Source of the DNA: Eledone cirrhosa
Taxonomy: Eukaryota
Length of the DNA: 64,000 bases
Assembly: GCA_964016885.1 (NCBI GenBank)
Contig: OZ024741.1
Span: forward strand, 97,154,001 to 97,218,000
Reading direction: 5' to 3'
Made by a program: the position numbers and the translations under genes. The notes below the pieces were generated by a model, which was not told the DNA's origin, made no database searches, and worked only from the letters and a program-made list of their open reading frames with translations. Of this stretch, positions 13,570-28,195 are shown in pieces (the stretch's first letter is position 1; the number at the start of each line of letters is the position of its first letter).

Positions 13570-13740
13570 TGTTTCTACTTTAGGCACAAGGCCAGCAATT
13601 ATCCAGTACATCACTGGTACTTTATTTTATCGACCACATAAGGATGAAAGGCAAAGTTAACCTCGGCGGGATTTGAACTCGGACTGCAAAGGGACGTAAC
13701 TATGCTTCCGACCCTCTACCGATACTGCCAATCCACCGCC
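13570..13740 (-). mobile_element. tRNA-derived SINE (Meta/MESC-type core) with 17 bp TSD
   Basis: A box TGGCAGTATCGG, B box GAGTTCAAATCC, core GCCTTTCATCC..GGTCGATAAAATAAAGTACCAG, tail GGCCTTGTGCCTAAAGTAGAAAC. TSD at 13553-13569 and 13744-13760 (1 mismatch). Confidence 0.9.
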
Positions 13741-14185
13741 CTTATATACTGAATAATAATATACTGAATAATAATAGAAAGAAAATATACTTCGTAGTTT
13801 ATATCCAGCACAACTCAATTGAGATGAATTAAGTCAGTGTACAAGACAATATCTCGAGAACTCTGGAATCAATCAGAAACGAAAGTCTAATTTATTTGCG
13901 CAAGGCCAAACCCTAACAACACTTAATTTCAAAAATAAAATAACTTATTAAGATGGTAACAGCAACGTCAAATTTCAGCGTCTAATTGACATCATTCATG
14001 ACGACCCAGATTTTTAAACTACAGGATTTTTAAACTATGTCATTGAGTAACTAACTCATGAAAAAACTATGTGTATACCAATCGAAGTATATGATGAATG
14101 ACCGGTGTGCGATGTTATCAGATATGATTATCAGAAGCGATATATAGAGTAATGTCAATTGTCTCGATATTGTTGAGCATTATTG

Positions 14186-14331
14186 CAGCACAGTTACGTC
14201 CCTTTACGAACTGAGTTCAAACCCCGCCGAGGTTAACTTTGCCTTTTTTCCTTACAGGGTCGATAAAATAAAGTACCAGTAATGTACTAGGTAATTGCTG
14301 GCCTTGTGCCAAAAGTAGAAACAATTATTAT
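14186..14331 (+). mobile_element. Same SINE family, 5'-truncated
   Basis: B box, core and tail followed by ATTATTATA. Confidence 0.88.
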
Positions 14332-14559
14332 ATATAAAATAAAAGAAAATATCAGGTTATGAGTTCTCCGAAATGAAAACAAGCTGGATGTTGGTTTCGA
14401 AATTAACACTTTAACAGTGTTGGCCTCTGGTTTCCTGGGGTGTTTTTTGGGGGGAAGTGGGGTGTTAATTTGGTATTTTGCCTTCTATATTTATTCGGAG
14501 GTTTACTTGATAGAGCAGCTACATTTGGGCCGGGATATTTTCTATTTCGTTTGGCTTTG

Positions 14560-14960
14560 TATAAAGCAGAATTTCTAGAAATTATTCCATACCAATGTTT
14601 CCTTTCGCTGCGTTTAATTTGTAGGAGTGTCTGTAACTACAAGGACAAGGCAGCCCAAAATCCAGCAGATCATTATGCCTAGAAGATTACCTGGTATTAT
14701 CATGCTGACAGTCCTCAGTGTGAGATAGGTTGGATAAGGTATGAACTCGTCATTCCAACAGGGTGTCACCAAGTGTTTTTGTGCAAGGTTTTCGCTTTTA
14801 AAAAAGGAGCTCCACGCTGGCAAAATGCCTTGCTCTTTGGATGTGAGCTACATCGATCCTTATCCTTTTCAACGTCTTTTCCATTTGAGTAACTAGTACC
14901 GTCTCGGCTCTACTAATCCAGGGGCACACAGTTCGGTAAAGGACCAATTAAAAAAACAAA
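14560..14960 (-). mobile_element. Old Tx1 ORF1 remnant
   Basis: FASVELLF/KSENLAQKHLVTPCWNDEFIPYPTYLTLRTV..ICWIL aligns by eye with ORF1 YGTVDVFFETPEEARENSMVPLRSDDFTLVPSYYGQRLV..ISWLI. Confidence 0.55.
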
Positions 14961-16798
14961 CTTTTCTGCTATGATTTTCGGTGACAGCATTATTACTTTC
15001 TTTCAGTATTCCTATTTTATTTTATTTTACCAGGGCTAATTCAACGTGGTTATTCTCTGGTAATAATAAAAAACATTTCTTCTAAAAGGCAGAAATAACA
15101 ATAATACAGACTGTGAACAAATTAATTTTCGTTCGGGGATGTTTAATACTAGATTAGTAAAATCATAACTAGAATTTCAATTCAGCCTAGTCTTATTTTT
15201 GTTTAAAATTAAGTACATATTCATGCACATTCACAAACGCAGACATCATACATAAACCTACACTCATGATCACATATAAAGAGAAAATCGTCGTAAAAAA
15301 GGGAGCCTCAGTAGATAGTCAAACAAAGATTGACAGAATCAGAAATATAATCGCAAAGAAAATTATAGTCAATTTTACAGCAGCGATCTTAGAATAAATT
15401 AGACTCCGGAAAGAAGTATGTCTATGAATTTCTAATCAGATTTCCTATTTGGATTAAATGACAATCGCTACCAAACTCGCCCACATTCCATTCTAAATCC
15501 TCACACGTGTCACCGAACATACTTAATTTAATTCGTCTTTGTTTTTCGTAAATATTTTTTTCCTTTTGTTTTATTAATTATTGTTTGACCATGAAAATTC
15601 TGTCTTCAATAACAACGTTGATGGCAAAGCTGGTTATAATCACTAGTTTGTAAGGAGCATAGTCTTGTGCGTCATGTGTGACGTTTGGTTTGAAATCTAA
15701 ACATAGGCGTAATGTATCGATGGTAGTTGGGACAGTTGCTGATGATCTCCCAACAAACATACTTACGATGATTGTCGAGGCTGACAATATACTGTACTGT
15801 ATATAGCTTATATATCACTAATATTGTTGATGATAATCAAACTGGCGATGACGAGGATGATGGTGATGTGTTACAATGAGACAATCGTGTTGACAACGAT
15901 AATGAAAATGATGATGATTATTATTATTATAATTTAAAATGGTGATAGCTTTAATAATGTGGGTGAAGGAAACTGAAGATCTTAAAGTCAGTGACGAATG
16001 TGTCCTGAAAACCAATAAAGTATTTGTTAGTGCATCAATTTCTCGTTTTATGTATTTTCGGAATTTCGCTCTAGTAAGTATTAGCAGACAACAAACCATC
16101 AACCAAAGGCCAGAGAGTTAATATACCATACAGGTCTACCTTTTTTTCATGCGATTATATAACACTTTTCTATTTCGTAATGTCTTATTAAGGATGATGT
16201 TAATTTTTCTTTTAGCCATCCTTTCTGGAGATTGCGAATGAAGAGATTTGTTAGAACGTCAAAAACAATTGTTTGCGTTGTTCGTTCCCGACATCTGCAA
16301 TCTGACTTAAAATTCCCCCGATGCCAACCTCCCCGTTCATACTTTCGAGGCTGATAAAAATGTACCAGTCCAATATTGAACTCGTTCCTTCCTCTATATC
16401 TCTTTCTCATTTCTCGCTACCACTCTTTCTCTCTTTTGCTCTTTCTTTCTTACTCTCTCTCTCTCTCTCTTTCTCTCTTTCTCTGGAATGAATAACATGT
16501 TTTCAAATCCAAGGAAAAGATGGGCTTCCCCAAGTTTACAAAATATCCCAGAAACACTGTATGATACTACGGCCCCTCCACGACTCCGAAAAGGGTTATT
16601 TACAGCAAAATATTCATTCAGCGTTGTTATGAGTTCTTGAAATCCATTTGTTGAAAAGTCTTATCAGTGTTTCTAGGGCCGCATATAACATATGCCTCTG
16701 TATTTTATGAAGTAGATTTCTGTTAGAAAAAAAGTAAAACTATATAATTCTAGCCTGGTAAATAAGCATACGCACGGATATATGAATATACGTTATTT

Positions 16799-16870
<72 letters not shown>

Positions 16871-16898
16871 ATATATATATATATATTGACATTGTATG

Positions 16899-16942
<44 letters not shown>

Positions 16943-18178
16943 TACGCACACACACACACATATATATATGGAGGTAAAGAGGTAATCTATAATTTTGTGC
17001 AAAAGACTTATAATTTCTGGCAGCAAGGTCCCACCCCTAACCATTAATAGCAATAAGGCAATGTAATTTATTCTATCTACAATAAATGATGAAAATAAAA
17101 AAGTAGAATACGGCTGCATTTCAAATCAAAACCAGGAAGTATCCAAACTAAGCTCTTTAAACCACCCCGTCCTCTCTATCATTAGGTCTTGCTCCAAATG
17201 GCTGAAGGCTACAAACAAATATGTCACCCATGGATTAATATGCTAATCTTGTCTGAATGAAATTACTCGATTTTTAGAACGAATGCACAAAGCCGGAAAT
17301 TGGGATTAGCAGAATGTGACGACTGAAGAAACATTGCGATGTCATTTCCTCATTAAAAGTAGAGTATGTTTTGAAAATATTTGGGGAAATATTCCCCGAG
17401 GGATAAGAAATATTATTTGGACAATACTTTGGACTTGATGCTGCATAACCCAAACAATATGCAAATAGCAAATAAATAAAATAATAGCAACGCCGAAGCT
17501 CCAGGAAGAACGGAAAGAACAGGAACTAAATGCAATAACAATGTTAATAACAAAAAAAAAAATTAAATTGTATCCTTCATAAAATGAAAACAATTCCACG
17601 AAATCATAATACTGGTATTGTCTGAGTTAGTCAAAACACTATCATGGGCAGATAAGAGCTAATCACTCTGACATTATCATTAAACTTTCCAATCCAGGGA
17701 TTGTACAGTTATTGTTGCGGAATATTCATAAGATAAGAATATTTTGATGGTAGCATTAGTCAGAAAGATGTCTCTATATGCATGTTAATAATATGATTTC
17801 GATTCCCGGTTGTAGCCGTATATATATTTTGGAGGTGGCGTCGGCATTAAAAACAATAGGTATTTCAGTGTTTTACGTTTTAATGTATGGTGCATTCAAA
17901 AGCTAGAGACAAAACTAAAATCAGTGACTGGTGCATCATTAATTGGTATGAATTGAGAGATTAGCATTGCTCAAAAGATCAACCGTAATACGAAGCAAAG
18001 CCATAAATTATCCAAAAAGTGTCATGGGAATTAAACACCAAATGTCAATTAATCAAAATTTAAAGGCAATAGAGTGTCTGAAATTTTCAGCTGTAGTAAA
18101 ATTACTGGACAGGTTCCGCTTGTATTTGAATTTCTCGGCAAATAGTAGTTTAGTGAGAGCTACAAATCCATCGAACGC

Positions 18179-18270
<92 letters not shown>

Positions 18271-18604
18271 GTTATGAGGAACTAATATAGAGAACCTGCA
18301 AATTAAAACAAAATCAAGTGAATTTTCTTTAACGTACATTTGGCATGAAGACCAAGAATCAAATGCCGGTTAATATTGTCGGATCACAGTAATCTTCAAT
18401 TTAAAATTATATGGGTATTTATAGGACAATTTCTTTTATGTTTATGAAGGTTAATCTCCCAAAAAATCATGTAAAAGCCTACTGTAATTTTAGTCGATAA
18501 AATACGGACAACGCTGGAATGTAATGTGTCTGATGTTCGGCAAGATTGGTAGCAACAACATCCAGCAAGTTTTGATCCACGAAGAAGAGACATGATATTC
18601 GAAG

Positions 18605-18656
<52 letters not shown>

Positions 18657-18657
18657 C

Positions 18658-18738
<81 letters not shown>

Positions 18739-18789
18739 AAGAGAGCGGAGTCAGTTAAGGTCTAACAATTTTGACGTAATGTACTTATG

Positions 18790-20975
18790 AAATGCAAGCC
18801 TGAATTTTGTTGGGGTCGGATAACAATGGGCCGATGCTTTAAGTATATGCTGACGGAATATTTTCCACATCATGCAGAAAATGTATCACTCAAGGAATCG
18901 TTGGAGAACGTAGAGTTTGCGCTTTTTTATTCGACACCAATAGTCAAGGCCTGTAATGTCACCTATGATTTCTGTGATTGACCGTTGAAGTGTCATAATA
19001 CATTGTTTCTTATGTGGAGACCAGAGTGGAAAACAGTATTCAAGGAGAGAAGTATTATGGTGTGGATTTCTTTCAACTAGAAAGTTCTGAGAATCCAAGA
19101 AGGCATCCTGCGGGTCATGTCAACTTTGGTGTTTACATGAGTAGTTCAGTTTAGGATGTTAACAACAATTACTCCCAGGTCTCTATTGTTTTCTGGATGC
19201 CACGAGGCTTTTACTTGAAGGGAGAGATTATGATAGCTTCGGAGCATCCACTTTTCCAAATTAGATTAGTTCAAATTTATCCTCGTTCAGTAGCGTATTG
19301 TATTTTCCACCCATAAATATAAGCAGGTTCTGCTTATTGTTATGGGTGCAATATTGGAGGCATGTCCGGTCTCCCACTCTTTTTGATGCCCTACTGGAGC
19401 TTGAAATCATTTGCGAACTTTCTTAAGTTGCTGGGCTTGATGACGTCGATAATGTCATTGATATAAATAATTAAGAAAAGTGGGCCCAATAAAGTGCCTT
19501 ATGAGACACCACATCTGACTTTGGCTGGGCTTGATCGTACTCCTTCGACAACAATATGTTGGGAAATACCATTGCTGGATAGGTTTTTCAAAATGATGTG
19601 ATCAATCCTGTCGAGTGGATTGCTGAAATCAAAGTATATGATTCAGTTTTGGAGCTCTGCCCCAAAGCTCGTAAATGTAATCAAATTAATACAGGAGCTA
19701 CATTAAGCAGTCCCTTGCATTAAGGAAGCCGATTGTTGATTTCAAAGTAGTGAGTTATACAAAAGGGAACCATACACAAGGAAATAAGAGGTCAGTGAGA
19801 TCGGACGGTAATCCATTGCAGGGAACTTGTTTCCCTTTTTGTATATTGGGACGGCAGACTAGGGCAGAATGTATTCAGGGATATAGCTAGCGTTCAGTGA
19901 GTTTATCCACATACTAGCTAGACGAGATGCACGTTGGTGTTGACACATCTTCAGGACACTAGCAGTTAACCTATCTGGGCCTATTACCGAGTGGTATTTA
20001 ATTTCGTGTATTGCCGCTAATACATCAGGGACACCGAATGTTATGATAGATATAGTGTGTTGTGGTAAAAATTACTGATACAGCCAAGATCAGCCATGTC
20101 AAGATTGCTGAAAAGAGAGCAGTATAGTTTCTGCTGTATCTCACCCATGGTTTTAGCATTGGCTTGGAGAGTGCCTGTTTCACCAATAGCCAGCAGTGGA
20201 GACAGTGATCTTTGTTTTTTTTGCAAATGAAAATAAATTTTTGACGTCGAGATTGATTTTCTCAATGACTCCTTCTTCCTCGGCACTTCTTTGATTATTA
20301 ATGATTCTCTTTATACATTTCTGGAGATTAGAGTTTTTTCGGATAGAGCAGTGCAATAGCAGTCGATTGTATGTTGTTGTTGGCAGTATATTCGTTTGCT
20401 GAGTTTTTTCTTCTTTTTAGTTTCTGATAACAGTTTTTCTGCTTTAGGAAATCTGCTCTTAGTTTTTTTTACATAACCTGATGGGGTATGCTTTGCACAT
20501 ACATTTATAACAGTGTCTACAAATATATGGCAAGAAGCTTTGATGTTGGTGGAAATGTGCGCGTGTATGAAAGACCAATCAATCTGTGATAGATCGTTCG
20601 TTATTTCATTCCAGTGTGTATTATGAAGATCCATGTTATAATATTGGTGTGTTGGAGAGAGGTCATTGTGTTTAGTGTTGGAATGGTGAATGGTGGAATC
20701 TCATGTCGGGGTCTGAGAGAAGGGTTTTTACGCAGGAATATTGTGTATAGTATTACTGTGGTTTCTAAACACTAGGTCCAAAATGTTTTTCTGATATCTG
20801 TTGGTATAAGAACAAGTTGCGGCAGGAAAACCACACCCATATAGAGTAGAAGTGGCTCTACTGCTTCCTTGTCAGCGGTAGAGTTCGAAGTACCTTGTTT
20901 CAAACTGTTTGAAAATCAATCAACACGGTGTAAATTGAAGTCTCCCATTATTAGTATTTTACCAGAATGGGTCTG
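18790..20975 (-). mobile_element. Degenerate CR1-superfamily LINE (APE C-terminus and RT)
   Basis: MGDFN, GVS*GTLLGPLFLIIYIND..KFAND, RDLGV, LEYCFPLWSPH..GLDYW..LYVLQR. Many stops. Confidence 0.8.
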
Positions 20976-20982
20976 CTGTATG

Positions 20983-21119
<137 letters not shown>

Positions 21120-21474
21120 TTCCCGTGTTTTCCTTTTCTCAAAATGTTCTGTTATTCCATCTTTTGATTAAGGACCAACGTTCCATACGTTAAGACTGAT
21201 TTCCTACTATTTATCTTCATTGTACTGTATCGTTTTTGTGTCTTATCCAGGAAATAGGCAGCGAAAGAATAACGGAAAAACGGACAGTCACATTTCCTCA
21301 GTCAAACTCTGGAAATCAATAAAGTTTCGATATATGATGTATATACATAACACACATGGCAAACTGGCATATACCTTCCAAGTTACTCGGAGTTTCATGA
21401 AGTTAGATGATGTTATTTATATGTATATACATACACACACAAGCTGCACCCGCACACACCACGCGTATCTACAC

Positions 21475-21536
<62 letters not shown>

Positions 21537-21571
21537 GGAAAAAGGAAACGAATGTCATATATATATATATA

Positions 21572-21710
21572 GTAATAATAATAAATGTGAAGACTAAAAT
21601 TCAAAGAGGGCTCGATAAGGATAAATATATATCAAATATATATTTCAGAAGATCCCGTTAAGGGTGAAAGCAGCGATATTTTGCTTAAACTTTAGTCTGT
21701 TATTTTAATA
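21572..21710 (+). mobile_element. Fragment of the 43.4-44.6 kb hammerhead-bearing family
   Basis: Near-identical to 43455-43522 and 44544-44610; contains TTTCAGAAGATCCCGTTAAGGGTGAAAGCAGCG..TGCTTAAAC. Confidence 0.85.
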
Positions 21711-21764
21711 TATATATATATATATAAAAGACGAGGTGTTAGATGTTTATCATATTTATTGAAG

Positions 21765-21848
21765 TGTGGCGCGCGTTTCGCGATTGATCAGCCCAAAGTA
21801 TAATCTGTGTGGGTCTGGCCCGACTCCGAAATCCTAAGCTCATCGACA
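21765..21848 (-). ncRNA. Decayed type I hammerhead-like motif, homologous to 60027-60108
   Basis: Minus strand UCGAUGA-GC...GC-GAAA-CGCGCG-CC-ACA; shares TGATCAAT and GAGTCGG with the 60 kb copy. Confidence 0.5.
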
Positions 21849-22254
21849 TCTGTTTTGTGTATATATATATATATATATACGGGGTTAACAAGACTAGTAT
21901 AAGGTTTACCTAATAGTACCATTGTCTGCATTTATTATGCAATATGCACAATCGGTGCATGTGTCTTCATCAGCGGGTATCGCCTGATCAATAACCACTC
22001 GATTGACAAGATTCGATTCTAGTCTGTGCTGGCCATGGTATAAAATGCGACAGGCGATACAGTAATACAAGTGTAACCGGAATCCCTTCACGTCATAAAA
22101 ATACAATCAAACGATCGGCTACAGGTACAGAAATTTACGAGATGGCTAGGATTCGAGATTTTATAGTTCGACCCTTCCATATGCACTCAAGCAACACATA
22201 TTAAATACAACACAAATTGACAAGTGAGTGAAACATCGGATGTTAGAGAATATT

Positions 22255-22430
22255 GACGGCATAATATCATCATCATTATTTTACGTCCAACCCAATTTAA
22301 GTTACATCTAATGCTACTGTCCATTGACATAGATATTCTGCAGAATATCTATGTCAATGGCTGATCAGTAGCATTAGAGGCGACTTAAATTGGGTTGGAC
22401 GTAAAATAATCCAGATGATATTATGCCATC
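22255..22430. repeat. ~175 bp palindrome with a perfect spacerless 40 bp centre
   Basis: CCATTGACATAGATATTCTG|CAGAATATCTATGTCAATGG at 22321-22360; the outer arms match with a few indels. Confidence 0.95.
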
Positions 22431-22544
22431 AGTTGTTTTGTGTTTTTGTATTTATGTGGTTTCTGATTGATGTGTAAGTTTATTCGGAGAAATATTTGTA
22501 AGTGGATATTTATTCGAGCGCATACGTTTGTGTGTATATTTACA

Positions 22545-23335
22545 AGCATGTGGGAAGTGTAGTCATGTAAATACCTTGCTACAGTGGAGTCTGCTCTGCT
22601 GTACGGGTCTGAGACTACATTGAAAACTTTACACAGAAATCTTTTTCAACTCCATTCATTATCTTCTGAACCATCAATAACGACTAGTAATTTTTATAAA
22701 ATTGAGTTACTCTACTGCGATATAGGATAAATATAACATGTACATAAATACATCAATTTACACTCTTGACAGGTGTAATATGTCTGAACACGGAAGGGCC
22801 CAACCCCCACCGTCGTCACCCCTATCTCTCTCGCCCTCTCCATATCTCTGTATAGTGAGCAAATGCGGTCCCAAGTGCTGGCCACCCAACAGCACCGTCG
22901 GACAGAATAGAGAAGGCGTTTACCCGGAGGATGGTAAGGGAGATGCGATGGAAGAGCGATTCCAGTGACTAAGAGACTCTCTCAGATGGTGGATAGGTGC
23001 TATATGAGAATGCTCAAGATGCCTCTGAACATTAATCAGTATACACAGAGGATGAAGAACTTAGAGTGTGCAGGAGCCTCCGAAAATTCAGCTCGAATGT
23101 ATCACAAATGAGACTGAGTTTAGCTGGACAAGCTCACCGACATTCAGAGTTGACACTGCACTCAGTGGTCCTGTGGGAGCTCCCACACGGACAAACTAGA
23201 AGAGGGAGACCAAGGTTGACATATATTGATACCCTAAGGACAAACACTTCGCTCTAGGAGACGAAGGATATGGCGGCGGTGATGAAGGACAGAGACCTGG
23301 AGAGAACTCGTCCATGAATGTCGGGAATTTTACCC
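22545..23335 (+). mobile_element. RTE-clade LINE 3' fragment, interrupted at about 22620-22965
   Basis: ATVESALLYGSE..TKRLSQMVDRCYMRMLKM..RLSLAGQAHRH..LWELPHGQTRRGRPRLTYIDTL. Confidence 0.75.
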
Positions 23336-23338
23336 GCC

Positions 23339-23425
<87 letters not shown>

Positions 23426-23678
23426 CATGTATACATATATATGTGTGTGTATGAATGTATACATATATGCCATATGCGTAATTTTTAAGGGCTCAAATGT
23501 ACATGTATGAGTGTTTAGGGGCGTTAGTTTGGGTGTATACCTGTGTCAATGTATTTGTTTTTCTATAAATAAACTGGTGCCATGTGTTTAATGTGTTTAT
23601 GTGTGCGCGTATATATATATGTTTATGTGTATCTCTTTGGTTGCGTTGACTGCAATATGTATAGATATATGTATAACG

Positions 23679-23861
23679 GGCGGTGGATTGGCAGTATCAG
23701 TAGAGGTCGGACGCCATGCTTTCCAGCATAGTTACGTCCCTTTACGATCTGAGTTCAAATCCCGCCGAGGTTGACTTTGCCTTTCATCCTTACGGGGTCG
23801 ATAAAATAAAGTACCAGTAATGAACTGGGTATTTGCTGGCCTTGTGCCTAAAGTAGAAACA
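23679..23861 (+). mobile_element. Full-length SINE with 22 bp TSD
   Basis: A and B boxes, core and tail. TSD AATATGTATAGATATATG(T/C)ATA at 23654-23675 and 23862-23883. Confidence 0.92.
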
Positions 23862-25081
23862 AATATGTATAGATATATGCATAGTTGTGTGTATGGTTTT
23901 TGTATATTTGTGTGCATGCTGGAGAGTGAATGATTCTTTAATCGCGTATGTGTATGGATGCGTCTGTGCATATATATACGTGTGTGTATTATGAATATGT
24001 CTGCCAGTTACCACATCCGCCATATCAGTAATTCGATTAAAGGGTCGGTTTTATTGGAACATCGTTCCAGAGAATAAGGCTCATATGATATTCATAAAAC
24101 AACCCGGCAATTAATAAAGCTGATCCTCAAACTGGCATTAATTAAATGACTTATTGTTGTAACTACTTACTGCTTTCTCTAGCTCGTTCATTCATCTTTC
24201 TCTCTGGTTTCTGTGTTTATATTCCTCCTTTCCCCTTTCCCCTTTCTCTCTATGTGTCTCTACATCTGTATCCCCCAACTTTCTCACCTCCTATGGTCGA
24301 TCTTACTTCGTGCTTGCCTTGCTCCCGCTAGTCTTCTTCTGATTTTCTCATACGTTATCTTTTCTTTTTCTACATATATATATCATTTCTTGTTCAGCTA
24401 TTTACATTTTTATTTCTCTGTGTTCTTTTCTTTCTTGTTTCTTTCTTCTTATCTCCGTCTTCTGGTTCTTTCTTTTATCATTTTCCACCCCATCACCATA
24501 ATCTTCTTTTTCTTCTTCTTCTCGACATCCATAGCCTCATACTACTACTATTAATACCACCACTGCTGCCGCCGCCGCCAGAACCACCATGGCTACTACT
24601 ACTACTACTACTACTACTATTACTACTCGAGCTGCTGCTGTAGCCAATTTCCTTTTTATGTTTTCTCCCTTAGTTTTTGTTTCTTCGCCTCATCTTTATA
24701 TTTTATTTACTATGCAAATATTTTTCCATCGGACTTTAGATTCACTCACAATTTCATTCCACAACACACGTATAATTTTATTGCTCCATATTCGGCTTCT
24801 TTCTTTTCAGGTTAATATTCCCCTATTCCACTCTTCCAGTTCTTTCTCCCTGTGTCTCTCACTGTACTCCCTAATCCTTCTATTTTTCTCGTTGTTACCT
24901 CCACTCTTCTCTCTGCCTCATTATTTTCATTCATCTGAACCTTTTACCATTTATAGTATTTTTGTTGTATTTTTTTTTATTGTTCTTTATTCTATTCCTA
25001 GCAGTCTACTCTTCTTCTTCTTCTTCTTCTTCCGCTGTTACTGCTGTGGCTGCTGCTGCACCTCTCCCACCTTTTCCTCCT

Positions 25082-25144
<63 letters not shown>

Positions 25145-27039
25145 CAATACTACTTTTTTGTTGTTACTTGGAGTTATTTTATAAAATTTCCATCCTCACA
25201 TTTTTTTGTTTTTCTTTCTCTTTTCTTTTACTCTCACACCGGTCCCTCTACCACATAGTTTTAATTTTCTTCCATTACTACCCCTCCAACTCCTGCTAGT
25301 TATCTTTACCTTCATTTATCTTTTCTTCTCAACACTCCTACCCATACTCTGTATAATATGTCTCCTCCTTTCGTGCGCTGTGTTTTCCACGTCCCCAGTC
25401 AACCTTTCTGTTTTATAGTTATTGCTTCATTTGATGCTGTTTCAGGTATTTGCTGTCCAAACTGTTGCTTTTTATTATTTGAGATATTTTTGTTGTTGTT
25501 GTCTTTGAAGGTGGCTGTTACAAATGCTGTTGTTGCTAGTAGTTTTGAAGCAAAGTTTACTCTCTTTCCAATATTTTTCTTCATCGACTCTTTCCATTAC
25601 TCTATCAGCCTCATAATCCCACAATCTACTCACATACCATCTAGCACGCGTTATTTTATAAAGGAGTATAAAAGGCTCTATACATTCGTGTGAGTCTTCT
25701 TTCATGTATTCAAAGATGGACGACCCTTCTTCAATTCGCCTTTTCACTATTGCGCCTTTTCTCATTCAAATTGCTCATCAGATAGAAACTGTCGCTTTAT
25801 ACTTCCAACGACAGTCAATCCTCAATGCAATACGAATCACAAATTATGGCACCCGGCTTCTCTTTTCACTTCGAATATAATGCGCTTCATTGCTTTTTTT
25901 CTATTATTAATTGTTTATTTATTTTCCTTATTTCTTCAATTGATGTCTTTTGTAGAAATTTTTTTTTTTTTACTTAACCTCTTTTCTAAAAGTTCCTGTC
26001 CTATATTTAGTTATTGCTGGTCGTTGTAAAATTTTATCGGTTTTGGGGCCGTAGTTTTCATTTCTATTGTGTAATTGTTTGGATGTAGTTATGCGTGTGA
26101 GAGAGATAGTGTGGGCGCATGTGTATATGTGTGTGTATGTGTGTGTGTGTACGTGAGCGCGAGCTATATGTCTGTCCTCCAGTGTGTGCATGAACATCTA
26201 GCTTTATATTTCCTTTTCTTCTCATTTTAGTTCTAAATCACACATCCCTGTGTATTCTCAATATATTTCCACGTTCTATAAAACTGATTTTGTTTCTTGC
26301 AATATCTCTACATTTCACTGTTTAATCTTTATTTCATTTGTTCCTATTTATTTTGTTCCATTCATTATTTGTATCACTTACGGTCCCTTTTCATATCCTC
26401 GCCTTTCTTTATTTTCTAAAATGTTCATTTTTCATTTGTTTCAGATTATGCTTTTCATTCATGTTTCATATTATTTATTATACATTTCTTTCCTAGAATA
26501 TACGACGTGATTGTAAACAGACATACCAATCAACAGACAAGAGAAACATTTTTCCAGTATTGCCCATCAGCCTATTTATAAACATTATAATTCATTTAAA
26601 GAAATGTATCTCAGTCAGCCAGTCTAATATCAGCATCACAAGCTTCCTAAATGTTATGGATATTATAATTATTGATACAGTTAACTGTATATATATATAA
26701 TATATATATATATATAGAGAGAGAGAGAGGGGGGAGACAGAGAGAGAGAAAGAAGGTGTATGTGTGTGACGGAGAAAGCGAGAAACAGAGCGATAGATAT
26801 AGAGATAAATACACACACACACATTCATATATATATATATCCATTATGTGGAAGACGATTAACGACACAACTACTTGTAGACCTAAGGGATAGGGTGGAC
26901 TTAAGTATAGCAGAGGCATATTCCGTTATGAAGTGAGAGCCTGCCCTTAACTGGGGGAATGACCTGAATACACGGAAGGTCCTAAACGCATACTCCAGCG
27001 GGTAACATATTTGCAAAGCCAGGAATAATATAAAATAAT

Positions 27040-27079
27040 ATAGTCTGATGAACCATTATAATCCGAAACCGCACACTAT
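27040..27079 (+). ncRNA. Decayed minimal hammerhead (Penelope-type)
   Basis: ATAGT-CTGATGA-accattataatcc-GAAA-ccgcac-ACTAT. Stem I has 5 bp intact; stems II and III and the cleavage triplet are decayed. Confidence 0.5.
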
Positions 27080-28136
27080 CAAATGTACAATACTAACCCA
27101 GTAATAAGGCTAGTAGAATGCAGCGATAAGTATACTTACACTGATCCTAATCTTACTTCTACCTCTAACTTTAATCTTAAACTTAATTGTAACATTAACT
27201 ATCACACACTCAATTTTCTACGGCTCTATCTTCACCTAAACGAGCAATAAAACACAAAATGTATACCATTTTTAAACAATATTTTCGTGCTTATTGTATA
27301 TTATTCTATTCTAGCTTCTCCCTCTCAGCTCTCTATAGCTTACTTTTCTTACCTTGTCCTGAAGGACATGCACTACAAAAAAAAAAAAAGAAAAACATAA
27401 TCACTATATGAAAGTATACATATGTATATGTATACAGAATGACAGAAGATACGAGTATTTGCAAAAAAAAAAAATCGCTTTTGTACATATAGGTAAATAT
27501 TCACTACAAATGTGTATGAAAGGTGTGTATGACGAAGATCTTAGAAAAGATTGTCTTTCTTGCCTATCTGTGTAATAGTAGAATATCAATAACATAGATA
27601 TATAATAATAAATAATGCAACGTAGGCTATATGCATCGTTGAATAACACTGTATTGAGTAGTGTCACGCTACAGGAGAAAGCGAATCGTTAGAAAAAAAA
27701 TGGTGGGCTGAAGATTTAATGTGGCATAAGGTGCACTTTAATGAAATGGCAGCAACATGTCCTTTTTGTTTATATATTATCACAGGCGGATATGTTCACC
27801 GGTGTAGGAATTATTTTTAGTAATATTGTTTGTACTTTTGGAAATATAGAATATTTATATATCCCGTGGGAATAACGATTCATTTTATTGACTTCAATCA
27901 CACGGAAAATATAGATTGTGAAGGTGAAGATGATAACAATTATTAATATAAACTTGATGCTTAGGATGATCATATCAATTGTGATATAATGTTGGTGATG
28001 GGGCAGGTGATGATCGTGAAATATAGGTAGTCACAAGTTCAATGCAAATCCCTGTAGATTCCCTCCTTCCGATGTAGTGTGTCATCATAACATTACACAC
28101 ACACACACGCCCATATGTATATATATATATATATAT

Positions 28137-28187
<51 letters not shown>

Positions 28188-28195
<8 letters not shown>

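Noticed and set aside
23679-23770. tRNA gene
   Set aside because: The A and B boxes belong to a SINE head; no complete cloverleaf.
24146-25765. Hydrophobic ORFs (e.g. 24589-25299) that look like membrane proteins
   Set aside because: Pyrimidine-rich low-complexity DNA with CTA and CTT repeats; no family motif.
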